The notes below the pieces were generated by a model that had not been told where the DNA came from, did no database searches, and saw only the letters and a list, made by a program, of their open reading frames with translations. DNA of 63,354 nt, counting the filler, from Reticulomyxa filosa (taxonomy: Eukaryota; Protista; Foraminifera), in NCBI GenBank assembly GCA_000512085.1. It is 13 parts of 13 records of this genome, joined end to end, with 100 filler letters (N's around TTAATTAATTAA, not from the genome) between each part and the next. Parts side by side here need not be neighbours in the genome. Positions count along the whole stretch, not along the records: positions 43,730 to 53,738 come from ASPP01009792.1; positions 53,839 to 55,853 come from ASPP01029364.1; positions 55,954 to 57,940 come from ASPP01028908.1; positions 58,041 to 60,460 come from ASPP01036874.1; positions 60,561 to 63,354 come from ASPP01022530.1; 8 more parts are not named here. One strand, 5' to 3'. Below are positions 49,573 to 63,261 of this stretch, piece by piece. Every line of letters starts with the position of its first letter. Within the stretch, counting starts at the first letter, position 1. The position numbers and the translations under genes were made by a program.

Positions 49573-50328
49573 GTATCCAAAATTCAAGTGATTATTAAGT
49601 ATGAGCTGCCTCCTTTTGTCTTTTTGGTCCTTGTTACAGCGAAACAAGAACCTTTTTCACGCGTTCGGACGAGCAACCTTTGAAGAAATGTTTGCTCTTA
49701 TTTTCTGTTTTTTTCAAGAAAAAAAACATCAAGGAGAAGATCAAATGGCTCAATCTCATTGGCAATCATTCGTAAATTTGGTAAGTCGGTCAAGTATGTA
49801 TCTATTTTTTGAAACAAATTTCATTCAAAAGTATTTGTTAAACCAAATGTTAAATCAGACCCGATATCTAAATGAAAAACAAATAAAAGACTTCAAAGAA
49901 TATGTCAAAAGTTTCAACATATCATAAAAATTTGAACTATAATGTTATCAAAGATGTAGGACCAAATTTGTAGCGTTCTGCGATATGCATATTGTTCGAA
50001 TGCCACAGTTAAGTCTTTTTAAAAATCATTTCGAAGACTAGCCATAAAATTACTAACGAGTTGAATATTTTAATTATCTGATCGGTGAAGAAATCAGAAT
50101 ATTTGGATTAATATTTTTCAAATACTTCTTTTCAAAAAAAACTCAGAGATATCTGCTTAGCAATATGCGTTTTGAAATAATAAGGATTATGGATCACATA
50201 ATGATATCCATTTGAATAAATGTTAATTGAACATTTAAGTTGTTTCTGAATAGGTTATGGCTGAAATATCGAAGTAAAAAAATGTTGAGTTTGTGCAACC
50301 AAAACAACACACAAAAACTAATCAATTT

Positions 50329-52761
50329 TCACAAATTTTTGTACACCACTCTGTTCTTTTTCGAGGGAAACTCTTTGCGGAAATAGTGGTCTTCGATAAC
50401 TCCACCAACTCGAAACAAAACATGTTCACGCCAATGATAACCGTACAGTTGCACACAGACAGGTAAGCGATCGTTTTCCTTGTCTTTGCCGTCGCTGGCA
50501 TAGCCAATGGGCACAACTAAACCGGGAATGCCAACAAAATTGCCCAAGGTAATAAAGCGCATGTATTCACTAATCAAAGGAAGATTGCTTTCTCCAAACT
50601 TACTATTCAAAGTGGATTTGGTGAGAAAAGCAGGTAAGCAGGCACTGCTAGGAGTGATAAGCACATCGATCCCCGATTCGATGAAGATGCGATCCATTTG
50701 CCGTAATGCATAAGTACGTACTTTTTGTGCATTTATAAAAGTACCGGCTTTGAATCGGCTGCCTGTCAATAATGGCACCCAACTGGAAGGTAAATAATTT
50801 CCCCCATTTCGAATCTCACGGACTGATTGAGCTGCAAACTCTGACGTAACCCCAAGTTCGTGAGATCGAACCATTTCATACAAATGCGAAATGGAATATT
50901 CTTTGACACGAACTTTGAAGTTATTTTGCAGATATTCCAGCAATGCTTTCAGTTGCTTCACAATCTGTGTGGCGATGTTACAATAATATATAATCATTAC
51001 ATGTTGTTATTATTAGTGGTTACATTATAAAAACAATGTGTTTTTTTCGAATAAAAAACCTCTGGGTCGGCATCAGTGATCCAATCCCACCATACCCCGA
51101 TGGTGATATCCGATAAATCTTTCTGTTCCAAAAACGAATCAAAATGTTTCGGAGGATTGGTCAAAGACTTTGACGGATTGCAAAGTAGACTACCATTGAA
51201 GCCACCGGCCAAGGCATAATACATCAGCATTTGATCGCGAATGGTGGATGTAATAGCGCCTGTTTCAATGTCAATCCTACTTTTGCAAGAATTGATTACA
51301 GTTGTGTCTTTTCATTGAGCACACAGACACAAAAGTGCAATGTATTTCAAACTGTCGAATACCTTTGTGAAGGTGTGACCAAGCGCCCTCATAGCCATCC
51401 ATTGGGATCCTTCCAAATGTTGCTGACAATCCAACCACTCCATTTGCCCCGGCGGGTAAACGAATGCTTCCCCCCGCATCCGCGCCCAAAGCAACGCAAA
51501 GCAAGCCCGCAGCAACAGCAGCAGCTGATCCGCTCGAACTACCACCTTTGTTCATTTGTTTCACACACACACACACATATACATTGCGATCTCACAAACA
51601 CAGAGATATGACATACAAGCATCTCGGTTGCAGTTTGTTCCATAAGGGTTGAAAATATGTCCAAAGTTTGGATTGATCGACGTCGGATTGCATCCGATCT
51701 CGTGCATATTCATCCCAGCGACGATCACTGCTCCCAATGCGCGTAAGCGAGTGATGAGAATATCATCTTCGGCTTGCGGACCATCCACCTGAGCTAAAAA
51801 TGTGGTGCCGTGTGTGCACGGAATATCCTTCACATGAGTCTCATCTTTCACACCAACTGGTATTCCATCTAATATCTTGTTTTTGTTTATTTGAGATGTG
51901 ATATTTATTATATGTTATACATTACACATCATATACACATATATTCAAAACTGATAAAGGCTTCCCTGCTTGCCATCGCTTAGTAGATTCCTCGGCTTGC
52001 TTCAAAATGTCCTCTTTATGGAATTGGATGAACAAATTCAGATGTTTCAAATCTTTTTCTTGAAATGCGATTAATTGGGTCGCCACGTCCAAGGGGGTGC
52101 ATTTCTTCTCCACATAACTGTTATAAAGAGCTTCGATTGTCAGTATTTCGTGCTTATCGTATTGCACATTTTTCTCCCAAATATTACTCTTTCCTTTCGA
52201 ATACAATAACTCGCGGCGCGCTTTCGCGTCTGTGAGAATGTTTTCGTACGGATATTTCTTAGATAATTCGACGTGGTTCTTTAATTCTTCGTCGGAGCAA
52301 AGATGAAATGGCAAATACGTTGGCAATACGTCGATGAAATTTGCCAAATTGTCAATGTTGTCAAAGTCATTTGTGCTGATTAAATGTTCCTGCACCAAAT
52401 CTCCAATCATCGGAAAGTCCAAGAGATGTCTTTGTATAATTTTTTTTGAGATTTCTTTCCAACACTTGTAAGAGACCGGACAACAGATAGAATTTTAAAA
52501 AAATTTCTTTTTTTAAATTTACCGAAACAAAAATAAAAATGCTCCATTCGCGACAGGTGCATCCGTCTTTCGAACGTTATAGACATTTTCGGGAGACATT
52601 TCCTTTGGAAATCTCGGTTTGGAATGGACGTACTTGTGCAACAACACAAAGCCTGCACCTGTAATTATAACAGGAGCTGTCCATTGTACACATTTTTTCG
52701 TTCGGTCATGTTGAAGAACAGATAATGCAGTATTATACCAATCTTGAGTAGAACTCATCAT
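50329..52761 (-). CDS. Amidase signature family protein (FAAH-like)
   Basis: GIPVGVKD (catalytic Lys), [24 protein letters not shown] (catalytic Ser). N-terminal hydrophobic segment. Multi-exon. Confidence 0.9.
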
Positions 52762-52974
52762 AAACTGTCGCCTTCAATTAAAGTTTTTTAAGTTGGAGGT
52801 CACAAAGTTGTTGTTTGAGACAAGCCAAGAAAGAAATCTATGAGCAGGCGAGTGCTTTTTTTTTAAGAATACAATTTAATATAATCGCAAATTTAGCACG
52901 CTTTCAAAAATTGACGTGCTAATTTGCAAGAGGTTCGTCGTGGTGAAGGGTTTTCTTTGTGGGAAAAAAAACTA

Positions 52975-53738
52975 ATGAAGCAATTTTCCTCAAATTCGTT
53001 GGATATCGGACATTGTTTAAAAGAGGGCTGGCTACAAAAAAAGAGCAGGCATATAAATCAATGGAGACGACGGTGGATAGTACTAGACAAAAAGTCGTCG
53101 ACAATAAGTACGTTCAAACACAAAGAAGAGTACAAGGACCCAACTGAGCACATATCAATGTATGCACTGTCGTTTGTGATGCCATTGGCCAGAGTTGACA
53201 GCGTGCAAGAAGAAAGCAAAGAGAAGCTGTATGCGTCCTTTTGTGTTCACTGTACTTACGGTCATACGTTTGAATTTCGGCCGGTCAAAGGGTCGAGGAA
53301 TCGAGCAAAATCACGGAATGAAAGTAGGCATAAGGAGAATAGCGACATTGAAAAGTACGAAAGACAGGAGTCTACGGAAATGGAGGAGAGCGGAGAAGAT
53401 CTGGCCTTGCCTCACGAAGTGCACAATGAAGTGATAGAATGGGTGGAGTCGATTCAGTCATTCATTTTGTCGATGTATCTGAATTCATCCGACTTTTCAA
53501 TCTTTGTATCTCCAAAGTGCACGACCATCAGCGAGGTGGACCTGTCCACCCAATCAAAAACGCCGCACCCAATCAAATGCCTCGCCTTGGAAGAGTCGTT
53601 GAACAGGCATGAAAAGCCAAAAAAAAAAAAGAAGATTGTGAAAGCAATAGCAGTGATAATAATAACAGCAATGATAATAATAACAGTAATAATAATAACA
53701 ATGATAATAATAACAATGATAATAATAACAATGATAAT
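52975..53738 (+). CDS. PH-domain protein, 3'-partial
   Basis: LKEGWLQKKSRHINQWRRRWIVL...EVIEWVESIQ. Ends in an AAT-rich repeat at the contig break. Confidence 0.8.
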
Positions 53739-53838
53739 NNNNNNNNNNNNNNNNNNNNNNNNNNNNNNNNNNNNNNNNNNNNTTAATTAATTAANNNNNN
53801 NNNNNNNNNNNNNNNNNNNNNNNNNNNNNNNNNNNNNN
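53739..53838. other. Artificial contig spacer
   Basis: N44-TTAATTAATTAA-N44. Confidence 0.98.
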
Positions 53839-55794
53839 TATCCTTCTTCTCTTCTTCCATATTCTTCTCCTCTTCCTCTTCCTCTTCCTCTACCTCTACC
53901 TCTGCCTCTTCCTCTTCCTTCTCTTTCTCCTCTTTCTCCTTCACCTTCTTCGAACTTTCGATCAAATGAGTTATATTGTGCTGATGACTTGGGAGCGTCG
54001 TATGAGTAGCTGTGTTGATGTTCATGATCTGCCATCGGCGGTGGAGGTGGCAAAGGAGGAGGAGGAGGAGGAGAAGGAGGAAGTGGTCGCGAAGGAAACG
54101 ACGCACGAGGCACTGGAGAACAAGCTGTGGTGGATATGTACGGATCCTCTTTGATATGATCTGGGCCTTGTTCATTGTTATATGCATCGGGATTGGCTTG
54201 CTTGTATTCCAAATGGAACTGATGGGCCGATTTCCTTGGAATGAGTTCTGACATATCATTCGTTTCTTGTTCTATCATAAATGGCACCACTTTTTGATGT
54301 TGTGGTCGAGGCTTTAGTCGGATCTCTCTTATCTTGGTTGTTGGTCGTCCTGTTGAATTTTGGTTGTTCGCTGCAATGTGCTCGTAATTGTTCAGCTTTC
54401 TGCGTTTCGACGGTGTTATGTTTATTTCTTCAGACAATCCGATTTTCATTGTTGATAGCTTTATTTTTTTTTTTTTTTGTAATTGATATTTGTATGGTTA
54501 TATGTATATGTATATGTACATGTATATGTATGTGTATATGTACATATATGAATGAAAAAACAAACGAAACATCAGGTAGAAATAAAACGTCTGAAGAATT
54601 ATTCTCTCTCACATCATCCTTGACACAAACAGACTCGACGTGATCGATGTTGTTATCACCATTATTGCAAGCGTGCTGGCCATTGGTCAATGTCCCGTTT
54701 GGATGCTCGCTCGATAGAGACGCTGCGAATGAACGCTTGTCCTGCTGTTTGCCGTTAATATCGACAGCTACTAAGTAAATGTCATCTGCTTCCTTGCCTT
54801 CCATTGGCTTTGCAGCGTCCTCCTTTTCTATGTTCTCTGTCGATTCTATCTTCGGTATCGACGCTGTTTCGTTCTTATTTGACGGAGATTTTGACTTTGA
54901 CTTTGACTTTGATTTTGCTTTCTTCTTTGGTTTCGATTTCGGCTTCGGTTTTGATTTTGATTTCGATTTCGATTTCGATTTTTTTTTGGACTTTGAATTT
55001 TGACTTCGACTTCGACTTCGACTTCGATTCGTCATCCGATTCTACTTCTGCTTTGTTTTTTTTTTTGATTTTGACTTTGATTTTGATTTCGATTTCGATT
55101 TCGATTTCGATTTCGATTTCGATTTCGATTTTGGTTTTGATTTTGACTTGGATTTCAATTTCTTTGATTTGGATTTGGATTTTGACTTATATTTTTTTGA
55201 CATATTGTCATCATCTGTTTCACTCTCATCGTACGCTTCCTTCGATTTCGTGTATTCTTTCACTTTTTATTATTGTATATGTAATATTCTTTTTTCCTTC
55301 CCAAAAAAAAAAAAAAAAAAAGTCAAAGATACATACATTTTCCGGTAGTTTTCAGTGGGAGCATATGAACTATCGTTGTCTGAAGTAGCGGATGGAGTAG
55401 TGTCTTTACTGGCTGACGCTGTCCTTTGTTCCCGTTATTTTCTTCTTCTTCTACTTCTTCTTCTTCTTGGTCGCTTTCCATTTCTAATACTACATTTCAC
55501 AATTTTTGTTATTGTTCCTTACATAGTTACACAGGAAAATGTAAGAATAGAAAGAAACCACAACATACTGGGACCCCCTCCTCCATTGGCAATATAATTC
55601 TTGAGTAATTCCAAATGCTTTATATTCTCATAAGGCTCCCACGTGTATTCGTCTTCATCATCATAACCTTTCCAGTGCACTTGGTACACCCGTACTTGCC
55701 CTACGTCGTTCCATTTGTCCGCCAGGATTGCTTCGACTTCGAAGACCCCGGGCTCATTTTCATCTGGATAATCATTATGTCGCTTTGATTGCAT
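53839..55794 (-). CDS. Chromodomain protein with KS-dipeptide repeats, poly-Pro and RG repeats, 3'-partial
   Basis: Chromodomain FEVEAIL...YQVHWKGYDDEDEYTWEPYENI with aromatic-cage residues, followed by low-complexity exons. Confidence 0.8.
54885..55190. repeat. Coding hexamer repeats (GATTTC/GACTTT) giving KS dipeptide tracts
   Basis: Two tandem arrays read directly from the sequence. Confidence 0.9.
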
Positions 55795-55853
55795 AATGCT
55801 TTGGGATATTTTTTTTTCTATCAATCGAAGCTCACTTTACCCTTTTTTTTTTT

Positions 55854-55953
55854 NNNNNNNNNNNNNNNNNNNNNNNNNNNNNNNNNNNNNNNNNNNNTTA
55901 ATTAATTAANNNNNNNNNNNNNNNNNNNNNNNNNNNNNNNNNNNNNNNNNNNN
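55854..55953. other. Artificial contig spacer
   Basis: N44-TTAATTAATTAA-N44. Confidence 0.98.
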
Positions 55954-56150
55954 ACAAATATTTACCACTATTAAATGATGAAAATGCAATACAGTTGACA
56001 ATGCCATTATATCCTTTGAATACACCAAGCTGTTCACCAGTAATGAAATTCGAAAGAAATATCCTTTGATCTAACAATGAATAGCAAATGACATTTTCAT
56101 TACAAAGTGAAAATTTTACACATTTTGTAGGTTTTCTTGTTTCCAATGAT
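55954..56150 (-). pseudogene. Degenerate WD40-repeat fragment
   Basis: TGEQLGVFKGYNGIVNCIAFSSFNSGKYL, with eroded GH/WD residues. Confidence 0.5.
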
Positions 56151-56949
56151 TTTGTTCATGTCAATTCAAGTGTTTCTTTTCATTTTCTTTGTTCGAATAT
56201 CCATGCAATGAAAGAAGACAGATGATCACAAATATGTCTGAGTTTTTCAATCTCCAAAATCAATCCATACAAAATGCCATACAGTTGATGTGGTATAAAA
56301 AATGTGGTGCCACTTTTGACTTTTTTTGAAGCTTGTCAGTGTAGAAAAAAAAGAAAGCATTAAGCATTTTATTTCTATTATTGTGTTAATATCAAACTGA
56401 TTGAAGTAAATTGCGTATAAAGAGAGTTATTGATGAAATACTGAAAATTACTCAGTAATAAATATCTTTTTTATTAACAAAAGAAATTTCATTGTCAAAA
56501 AACGAATTGATTTTTGTGATGACCCCAAAAAAAATTCTCAAAAAAAATTCTCGTTTCATTTAAACAGTATCAATTGTCAAATAGAAATAAATTTTTTTTT
56601 TACTTACATAGATTCGCTTGCACATTTTACAACTATCAAAATTTCAAATAATGAATCAAAATAGAAAAATGAAAAGAATAATTCACATAATTAAAAAGAC
56701 AACGGCAGTGACATAATTAATTTTATCTCTTTGTCGATGTTTTCATATTTTGTTTCAAATTGTCTCCAAAGTCCTTTTGTTGATTTAAATATTTTTTTTT
56801 TTACATATCCTTGTCTTTACTATCATTAAATGAATGAATAACAATCTCTTCAAATGATTTTGCTTCCATTATATTAGATAAAAAATATCGTGGCATTATA
56901 TGTCTCGGAGTATCATCTCATTCGCATATCAAATGTCTATTCCATTGAT

Positions 56950-57940
56950 CTGTAAAGTATGAATTTAATCTAAGATTATTCAGGAATGCTGTTGATCTAT
57001 GTTGTTGGTTTAAATCTTTTGCAATTGCGTAGCTTTTATGTATCATTATTTGCAACAAGATCAACACTATCATTTCCAGGAATATAGAATGACCTTTAAT
57101 CCAGTAAATTTCTGGAACATTATCCCATTAAATGATCTCAATATCTTCTGACAATCAATAATTTGCACTTTATAGATGTCAAAATCCCATTTGTTAAATA
57201 TTGCATTGCATCAGTCAGAATAATTAATATTCCATAATATGATTTATAATGATTACCCAAATATTACAATGCAAGTCTCATTGCTTCTGTCTATGATACA
57301 ATGTCTGTTGTAATACCAATGATTGGTAAACTTGGGTCTTAAATTACACGCTATGCGTTTCCAATACCAGGATTTGGATATTTGCTTCAATTACAAAATA
57401 TCACAATGTAATCATTACAACGATAACAAAATCTGATCTGAAGTTGGTTCATGAAGATTGCAAAAGGTGACTTATTGGATTGTGGAATCATTGCAATTTG
57501 TGTTTACGGAATATTTAGAATTGCATGTGATCTGGTTCGACTGTCGGCAACTGAGTGAGCACATACACGAATAATATCAACAATTTGCCATATAATTCAA
57601 ATATACCTTTGGTCTTGGTTCATTCCAAATATTTTATGCCAACACAATATTATGACCGTTGAATCGACCTGACAATCCAATATACTTGTGATACAACTTC
57701 AATTGTACCATAAGCAGTCTGGTTCATTAATCCAAAAATGCGAATTGCAATCATTTGTATTTTTTTCAATAGTCTTTTATAAGTGTCTACAGCACCACTC
57801 CAAAAGGCTGACATAACTCAAGACTTTACAAATAATAGTCTTGTATAATAAATTATACGTAGATAAACTTGATCGAACACCAAGTTTTCTTGCTGTTTTT
57901 CCATAAACATGCTTGTAATAAGTCATGTGTGAATCAAGGA
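56950..57940 (-). mobile_element. Degenerate non-LTR retrotransposon (post-RT region and RNase H)
   Basis: Minus-strand remnants SKYPNPGIG and EIYWIKGHS..PGNDSVDLVA with stops and frameshifts. Confidence 0.7.
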
Positions 57941-58040
57941 NNNNNNNNNNNNNNNNNNNNNNNNNNNNNNNNNNNNNNNNNNNNTTAATTAATTAANNNN
58001 NNNNNNNNNNNNNNNNNNNNNNNNNNNNNNNNNNNNNNNN
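57941..58040. other. Artificial contig spacer
   Basis: N44-TTAATTAATTAA-N44. Confidence 0.98.
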
Positions 58041-58299
58041 TTTTTTTTTTCAAATTATACGTTATGTAAAGAATGATACCATGGTCCATAATCAATGCAC
58101 GCCGCTGTTACTATTACCATTATTGCCGGTGATTCACTTCATCGCCAATAATAAGATTAACAGCAACAACTTGCACACTTCCATTTGCACACCTCCAAAG
58201 ATCCATTCAAAAAGTTCAAGCAAAACATAACACAAATATAAATAAATAATAGTAATAAATATATGTTATAAAAATGTTTTATGTTAAATACGTACACAT

Positions 58300-60290
58300 A
58301 AAACAAACTTTTTCAGGCAATGGACCAAATCACGAATTATAGCGTCAGATAACAGGAAAGAGACAACCGCACAAATTACCAACGAAATAACTTGAACCCT
58401 TGTTGAAATGTGCGTGCGAGTTTCAATGATAATGCTTCCCATCAAGTATTCCGTTATTTGGAACAATCGAACTGACTTGAAGGAAGCCAGCATCAGTGAA
58501 AGGCTACCATTTCTTTGAATGGCTGTTTTGTCAATTGCAGAACCTTCTATTTTTCGAATTCGGATGATTCAGTTTTTGATAACCGAACAGCTTGTTCGTA
58601 TTCACAGCGACGGTGTCTTTGAGATGAGATGAGAGAAGAGAGATTGCTCCACTGCTGATATAAAATATTGTTAAATATCCACTCAGCAGGCCCAGCGCCG
58701 TCAATACATTGCAAATATCCAAGATTTTTATTTCATTCAGCAAATGGAGCGATTTTTGAATCGTCAATCCGTGTATCCATTGGCACGGCCTTGTTGCTTT
58801 TTGTTATAAATAGTGCAATAACATTAGCTCTCTTCCGCACACACACACCAACAGCAGTGATATATACTCAAATATTGTGAAGCACAAAACGACAGTCCGA
58901 TGTATTGAAATAATTGACAAATAAGTAGGAGGAACATGGACTGTGTTATTATTGTCATTGTTGGCACTACGCTTGGCGTTGTCACATCCATCCAGCAGCT
59001 TTCATTGAGGGGTACACTATGTGAAATAGTCCACGTTAAGAACCCGCAAAGTCGCTTACTTGTGGGTGTGAAGAGTCATGTCCAAAGTAACAGCGATAGA
59101 TGATCTTTTTTTTTCTTTTTAAAACGAATCCAACGACTCTATGGCCTTGTAATCCTCTTTTTTTCGAAATCATCCTCCTCTTCTGGTTTGCTAATGGTCT
59201 TGGCTTGAGTATCGCAAACTAATCCACCAAATTGGAGCCACAACAACATCGGAATAATGATTCCATGTGAGATTGGCTTACTCGACCGCCATATGCGATT
59301 ATTTCATACAACGTCAGCATCTCTTTTTTTCTTTGTCTTCTATCTTTTCAATTTCTTCGATTAATCCAATCGCTGCTGCTGCTGCTGCTGCTGTGGGGAC
59401 ACCGTGATGTTCATATCGTTTTTATTTTGCGCGCGATATTTTCAAGTTTTTCTTTCTAGATCTTGGTGCTTCCCGACTACGAAAGCAAGCTTACCAGAAA
59501 TATTGTCCGCGATTGAACTATGGACAACTTGTTTTAACTATTCCAATGCCATCTTATGATGGATATTTTCAAAATACGAAAGCTCATCCAGTCTTGCTGC
59601 CCTTATGATGATGAGGAGGACACATTGGCGTTGAATAATGGCCGTCCTTAGAAATGTTTGCATCCATCCATTCAATAATATTTGGATGAGCGATTCAATG
59701 ATGGGGTGAGTGTACAATTACTACTTCTTTCTTCGTTATTTGACGTATTTGTTCTTGAGTGCCAGGTTCAACGATTTTTGAGCTTACTTTGCGATTCAAA
59801 ATTTAAAACCACTTCGATTCGAATTCACTCAAATTGGGACCTGCACTTCATTGTCCTCCAATCATTGTGATAACGCAGCGAATACAAAGTATTGTGTTAC
59901 ATCCAACACAACGTCTGTGGTTCAAAGTCGATATGGAGACCATCACTGCAAGAGTATAGTGCCTTGTGTCTACCGATCATCTTTGCCGAATTGAGCCAGT
60001 TCGCTCTCTATCTCTATCTTTTCACAATCATTAGTTCTTATGCCACTCGCGCTATCACCATTTCTTCCATCAGCAGCACACGGACGACTACTGCAAAGTC
60101 AATGTTGCGAATGTGCGTACGCTAACGGCCAGTTTCGACATTAGTAGTTTGCGCTATTTTTATAACAATCGCGCTTCCACTTATCGTTGGAAAATGTAAA
60201 TCGCAGCTCGCCTATCTCTTTGCGGATGATTGTTGGCTTGGCACAGCGCCAGAGACTTGAGTGTACCTATGATAGCCAAGTCATTTCCAC
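58300..60290. pseudogene. Decayed coding-like region, unassigned
   Basis: GC content above intergenic level but no ORF longer than 80 aa. Confidence 0.25.
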
Positions 60291-60460
60291 ACACACTTAT
60301 TTATTTTCTTTTATTGGAGCGTTCTATTAGAAGATATTGAATGTTTGAAAACACGAATTTTCTACTCGTTGGCGTGAAGATTCAGTGCATAACTATACTA
60401 AGAAAATCTGGATACATTTTTTTTAACATTTCCAACGCGATATTGCTTTCGATTTTCTCT

Positions 60461-60560
60461 NNNNNNNNNNNNNNNNNNNNNNNNNNNNNNNNNNNNNNNN
60501 NNNNTTAATTAATTAANNNNNNNNNNNNNNNNNNNNNNNNNNNNNNNNNNNNNNNNNNNN
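60461..60560. other. Artificial contig spacer
   Basis: N44-TTAATTAATTAA-N44. Confidence 0.98.
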
Positions 60561-60632
60561 ATGCATGTATATGTATGCATGTATATGTATGCATGTATAT
60601 GTATGCATGTATATGTATACGTATATGTATAT
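60561..60632. repeat. Intronic minisatellite (ATGTATATGTATGC)n
   Basis: Tandem copies visible at the contig start. Confidence 0.85.
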
Positions 60633-60644
60633 ACAAAAACAAAA

Positions 60645-61764
60645 CGAGTCGAGAAAAACGCAAAATGGACGCAGTGGGGATAGAGAAATGGTAGGCTTGG
60701 ACTTGATGAATAGGGTTTCTGCCCCCGAAGCAATGAATAGACATATGATGACTGGTGGCGACACAGGTGAGAGCGTAGACATGAACGGGCAGGTGAAGCT
60801 GTTGCAGCGTCCATTGTTTGGTGGCCATGGAATATACGGCGACATGATTGGTGGCATGTCGATCCACCACTCCTCCCATGGTGATGATATGGTCGAATAA
60901 ACATACGTATCCAAAGTGGCGTCGAAAATGGCCACTGTCATTGTTGCCGTCGCCGTCCATCTGCAAATGTCCATTTTCATGTTGGATGCTCTCTTGTTTG
61001 ATAGTCTTAATCTTGTGTGTGTTTTCGTAATCCTCTTTTTCATCATCTTTAAATGTCCTCCATTGAATGGACGCATTGACTTCGTCAAACTTGAACAGCA
61101 ACGAATGTTCCTCTTCCATGACGAGAAAGTGGTTTGTCACTGGTATGTTTTTATGAGTTAAAGGCACCATCAATAACGAGCTTGAAAACACATGTGGCAA
61201 TTGCGAGCTCTTCAACACATATTGACATGTGTGCAAATCCAATATATCGATGTTCTGTTGTTCGATCACAAACAACAAATGACCTTGCTCTCCGCCCACA
61301 CACGCTCGTGCTTTACTCCCGTATGCACTCAGCTCTATTGCTTGCTTTGTCTTGCCATTCATCAATGCTTTCCATTTATTCGCTCCTTCTTTCTTTTTTC
61401 CTTCTTTCCACACACTTTCATATCTCATCCATAATGTATGACTGTCGTTCCCATTTGCTTGTCCTCCAAATGACAACAGTAACCATTCTCCTTCTTCTTC
61501 TCCTTCTTCTTCTTCTTTCTTTATCTCACACTCGTGGCTCAATAACTTCTTACATTTCACTACAATGTGACCCCGCATTCTCCATATGCGTTCTGGATAC
61601 GTGGTTATGAACCGGTACGATTGCTGTCTTGTACTGTACGAAAAACAATTTGGATTACTTATTGCTCCGCATATCAACACTTCCTCCGTCAGGCCTATAC
61701 AAACACTTTTTGACAGCTCTAAGGGCAATGGTGGGGCTTTTTCAAAATCTTTCGCAGTGTCCAT
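60645..61764 (-). CDS. Kelch-repeat protein, 3'-partial
   Basis: Same family as 42427: LPLELSKSVC...EVLICG, LLSFGG, IITMGG, IHCFGG. Confidence 0.75.
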
Positions 61765-62207
61765 TTAGTTGGGTTCTTTGTTTTTATTTATTTTCTAATC
61801 TCGCAAAAAACAACAATTCTTTTTTTTTTCGACGCTCTTACATCAAGACACACCTTCTCTGAACAACCAAGTCAACACATTTTTCACCGAATTAACATTA
61901 GTATTTAAATAGTTTATATAATGGAATGAAAATTATATTCTTTTTTTAGTTATTAATTTTATTTTAATTATTTATTAATGTTTCTTGATATTGATGTCTT
62001 AACATTAAAACTTATGATTTTGCCACATCACTTATATACTTTTTTTAAAATTGCCGAGGACCGAGATACAACTTCAATTTAGTGATAGGAATTGACCAAT
62101 AAAAATCCATAATATATATATGTATATCATATATTTCTTTTTTGAACAAAAAAACTTAAAAAATATTATCTCATGTGTCGTATTTCATTGGTTTAAAAAA
62201 AAAAGGA

Positions 62208-63261
62208 TTATGTGCCCCATAATCTTCCCCACAACTGAATAGTTTTTGCTGTAAATGATGCAATGAGACTCCCATCTTGTGAAATATCCATGCCTGAGAG
62301 AGTAGTATTGTTCAATACTATTTTTTGCGTTTTTATTTCGAACATAGTGTCCCACAATTGAATCATTTTTGATGTGCATGACACAATTATTTGACTATTT
62401 GGTAAATATTTCGCATCTTTAATGCTTGAAAAGCACATTCCAAAGTCTCTAATTTTCATTCCTGACATTACGTTCCATGCTCGAATCTTTTTATCTTTTG
62501 AACATGAGACAACGAATTTACCGTCAGCAAAAAACTGTACTTTCCATACATCGTCCAAATGTCCGCTTAATACATGAATACGTTCACCCGATTGCACATT
62601 CCATACACAAATTGTTGTGTCAGCAGAAGCTGATACAAGTAGTTGGCCATCAGGTGAAAACTGTACATCATTAATTACACGTGAATGTCCTTCAAGTTTT
62701 CTTATTTCCATCCCAGATAAAACATCCCAAATTCGAATCGTAGTATCTACCGAACAAGAAGTAACAATAGTGCAATCGGGTGAAAATTGAGCACTTGTTA
62801 CTTGATCTGAATGTCCCGTTAGTGTTGTAATCTCTTTTCCAGATTTTGCATCCCACAATCGAACAGTTTTATCGTTTGAACATGACACGATCATTGTTCC
62901 ATCAGGAGAAAATTGTGCATCGTTTACTTTGTCTGAATGTCCTCTCAATGTTTGAATTTCTGTTCGTGATTTTGTGTCATATATTCGAACTGTTTGATCA
63001 TTCGAAGACAAAACAAGTTTATTGCCATCTCGTGAAAATTTAGCACTATTTACAACATCTGCATTTACATCAAATGTTTGCAATGGTCTAAAATAGGGCT
63101 TCTATTTTTGTATTTGATATTTTGATGACAATTTTAGATTTAAAAAAAAGACAACATTGTACCATAATATATCGTGAAATAATCACGTCAAATTCATCAA
63201 TCCATCCCATTTTGGTAATAAATAATCGAATCCAATAACTAATAACCATTTCAATGTCCAT
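62208..63261 (-). CDS. WD40-repeat protein
   Basis: Repeats GHSDKVNDAQFSPDG...VRLWD. Upstream exon MDIEMVISYWIR...WIDEF splices in frame to KPYFRPLQTF. Confidence 0.9.

Noticed and set aside
54779-55388. Plus-strand hydrophobic ORFs (ISISIS / DFDFDF)
   Set aside because: Antisense shadows of the KS repeats
6401-60560. Recurrent TTAATTAATTAA motif and ORFs containing X runs
   Set aside because: Artificial contig linkers. They are not a biological repeat or CRISPR array, and no synteny can be inferred across them.
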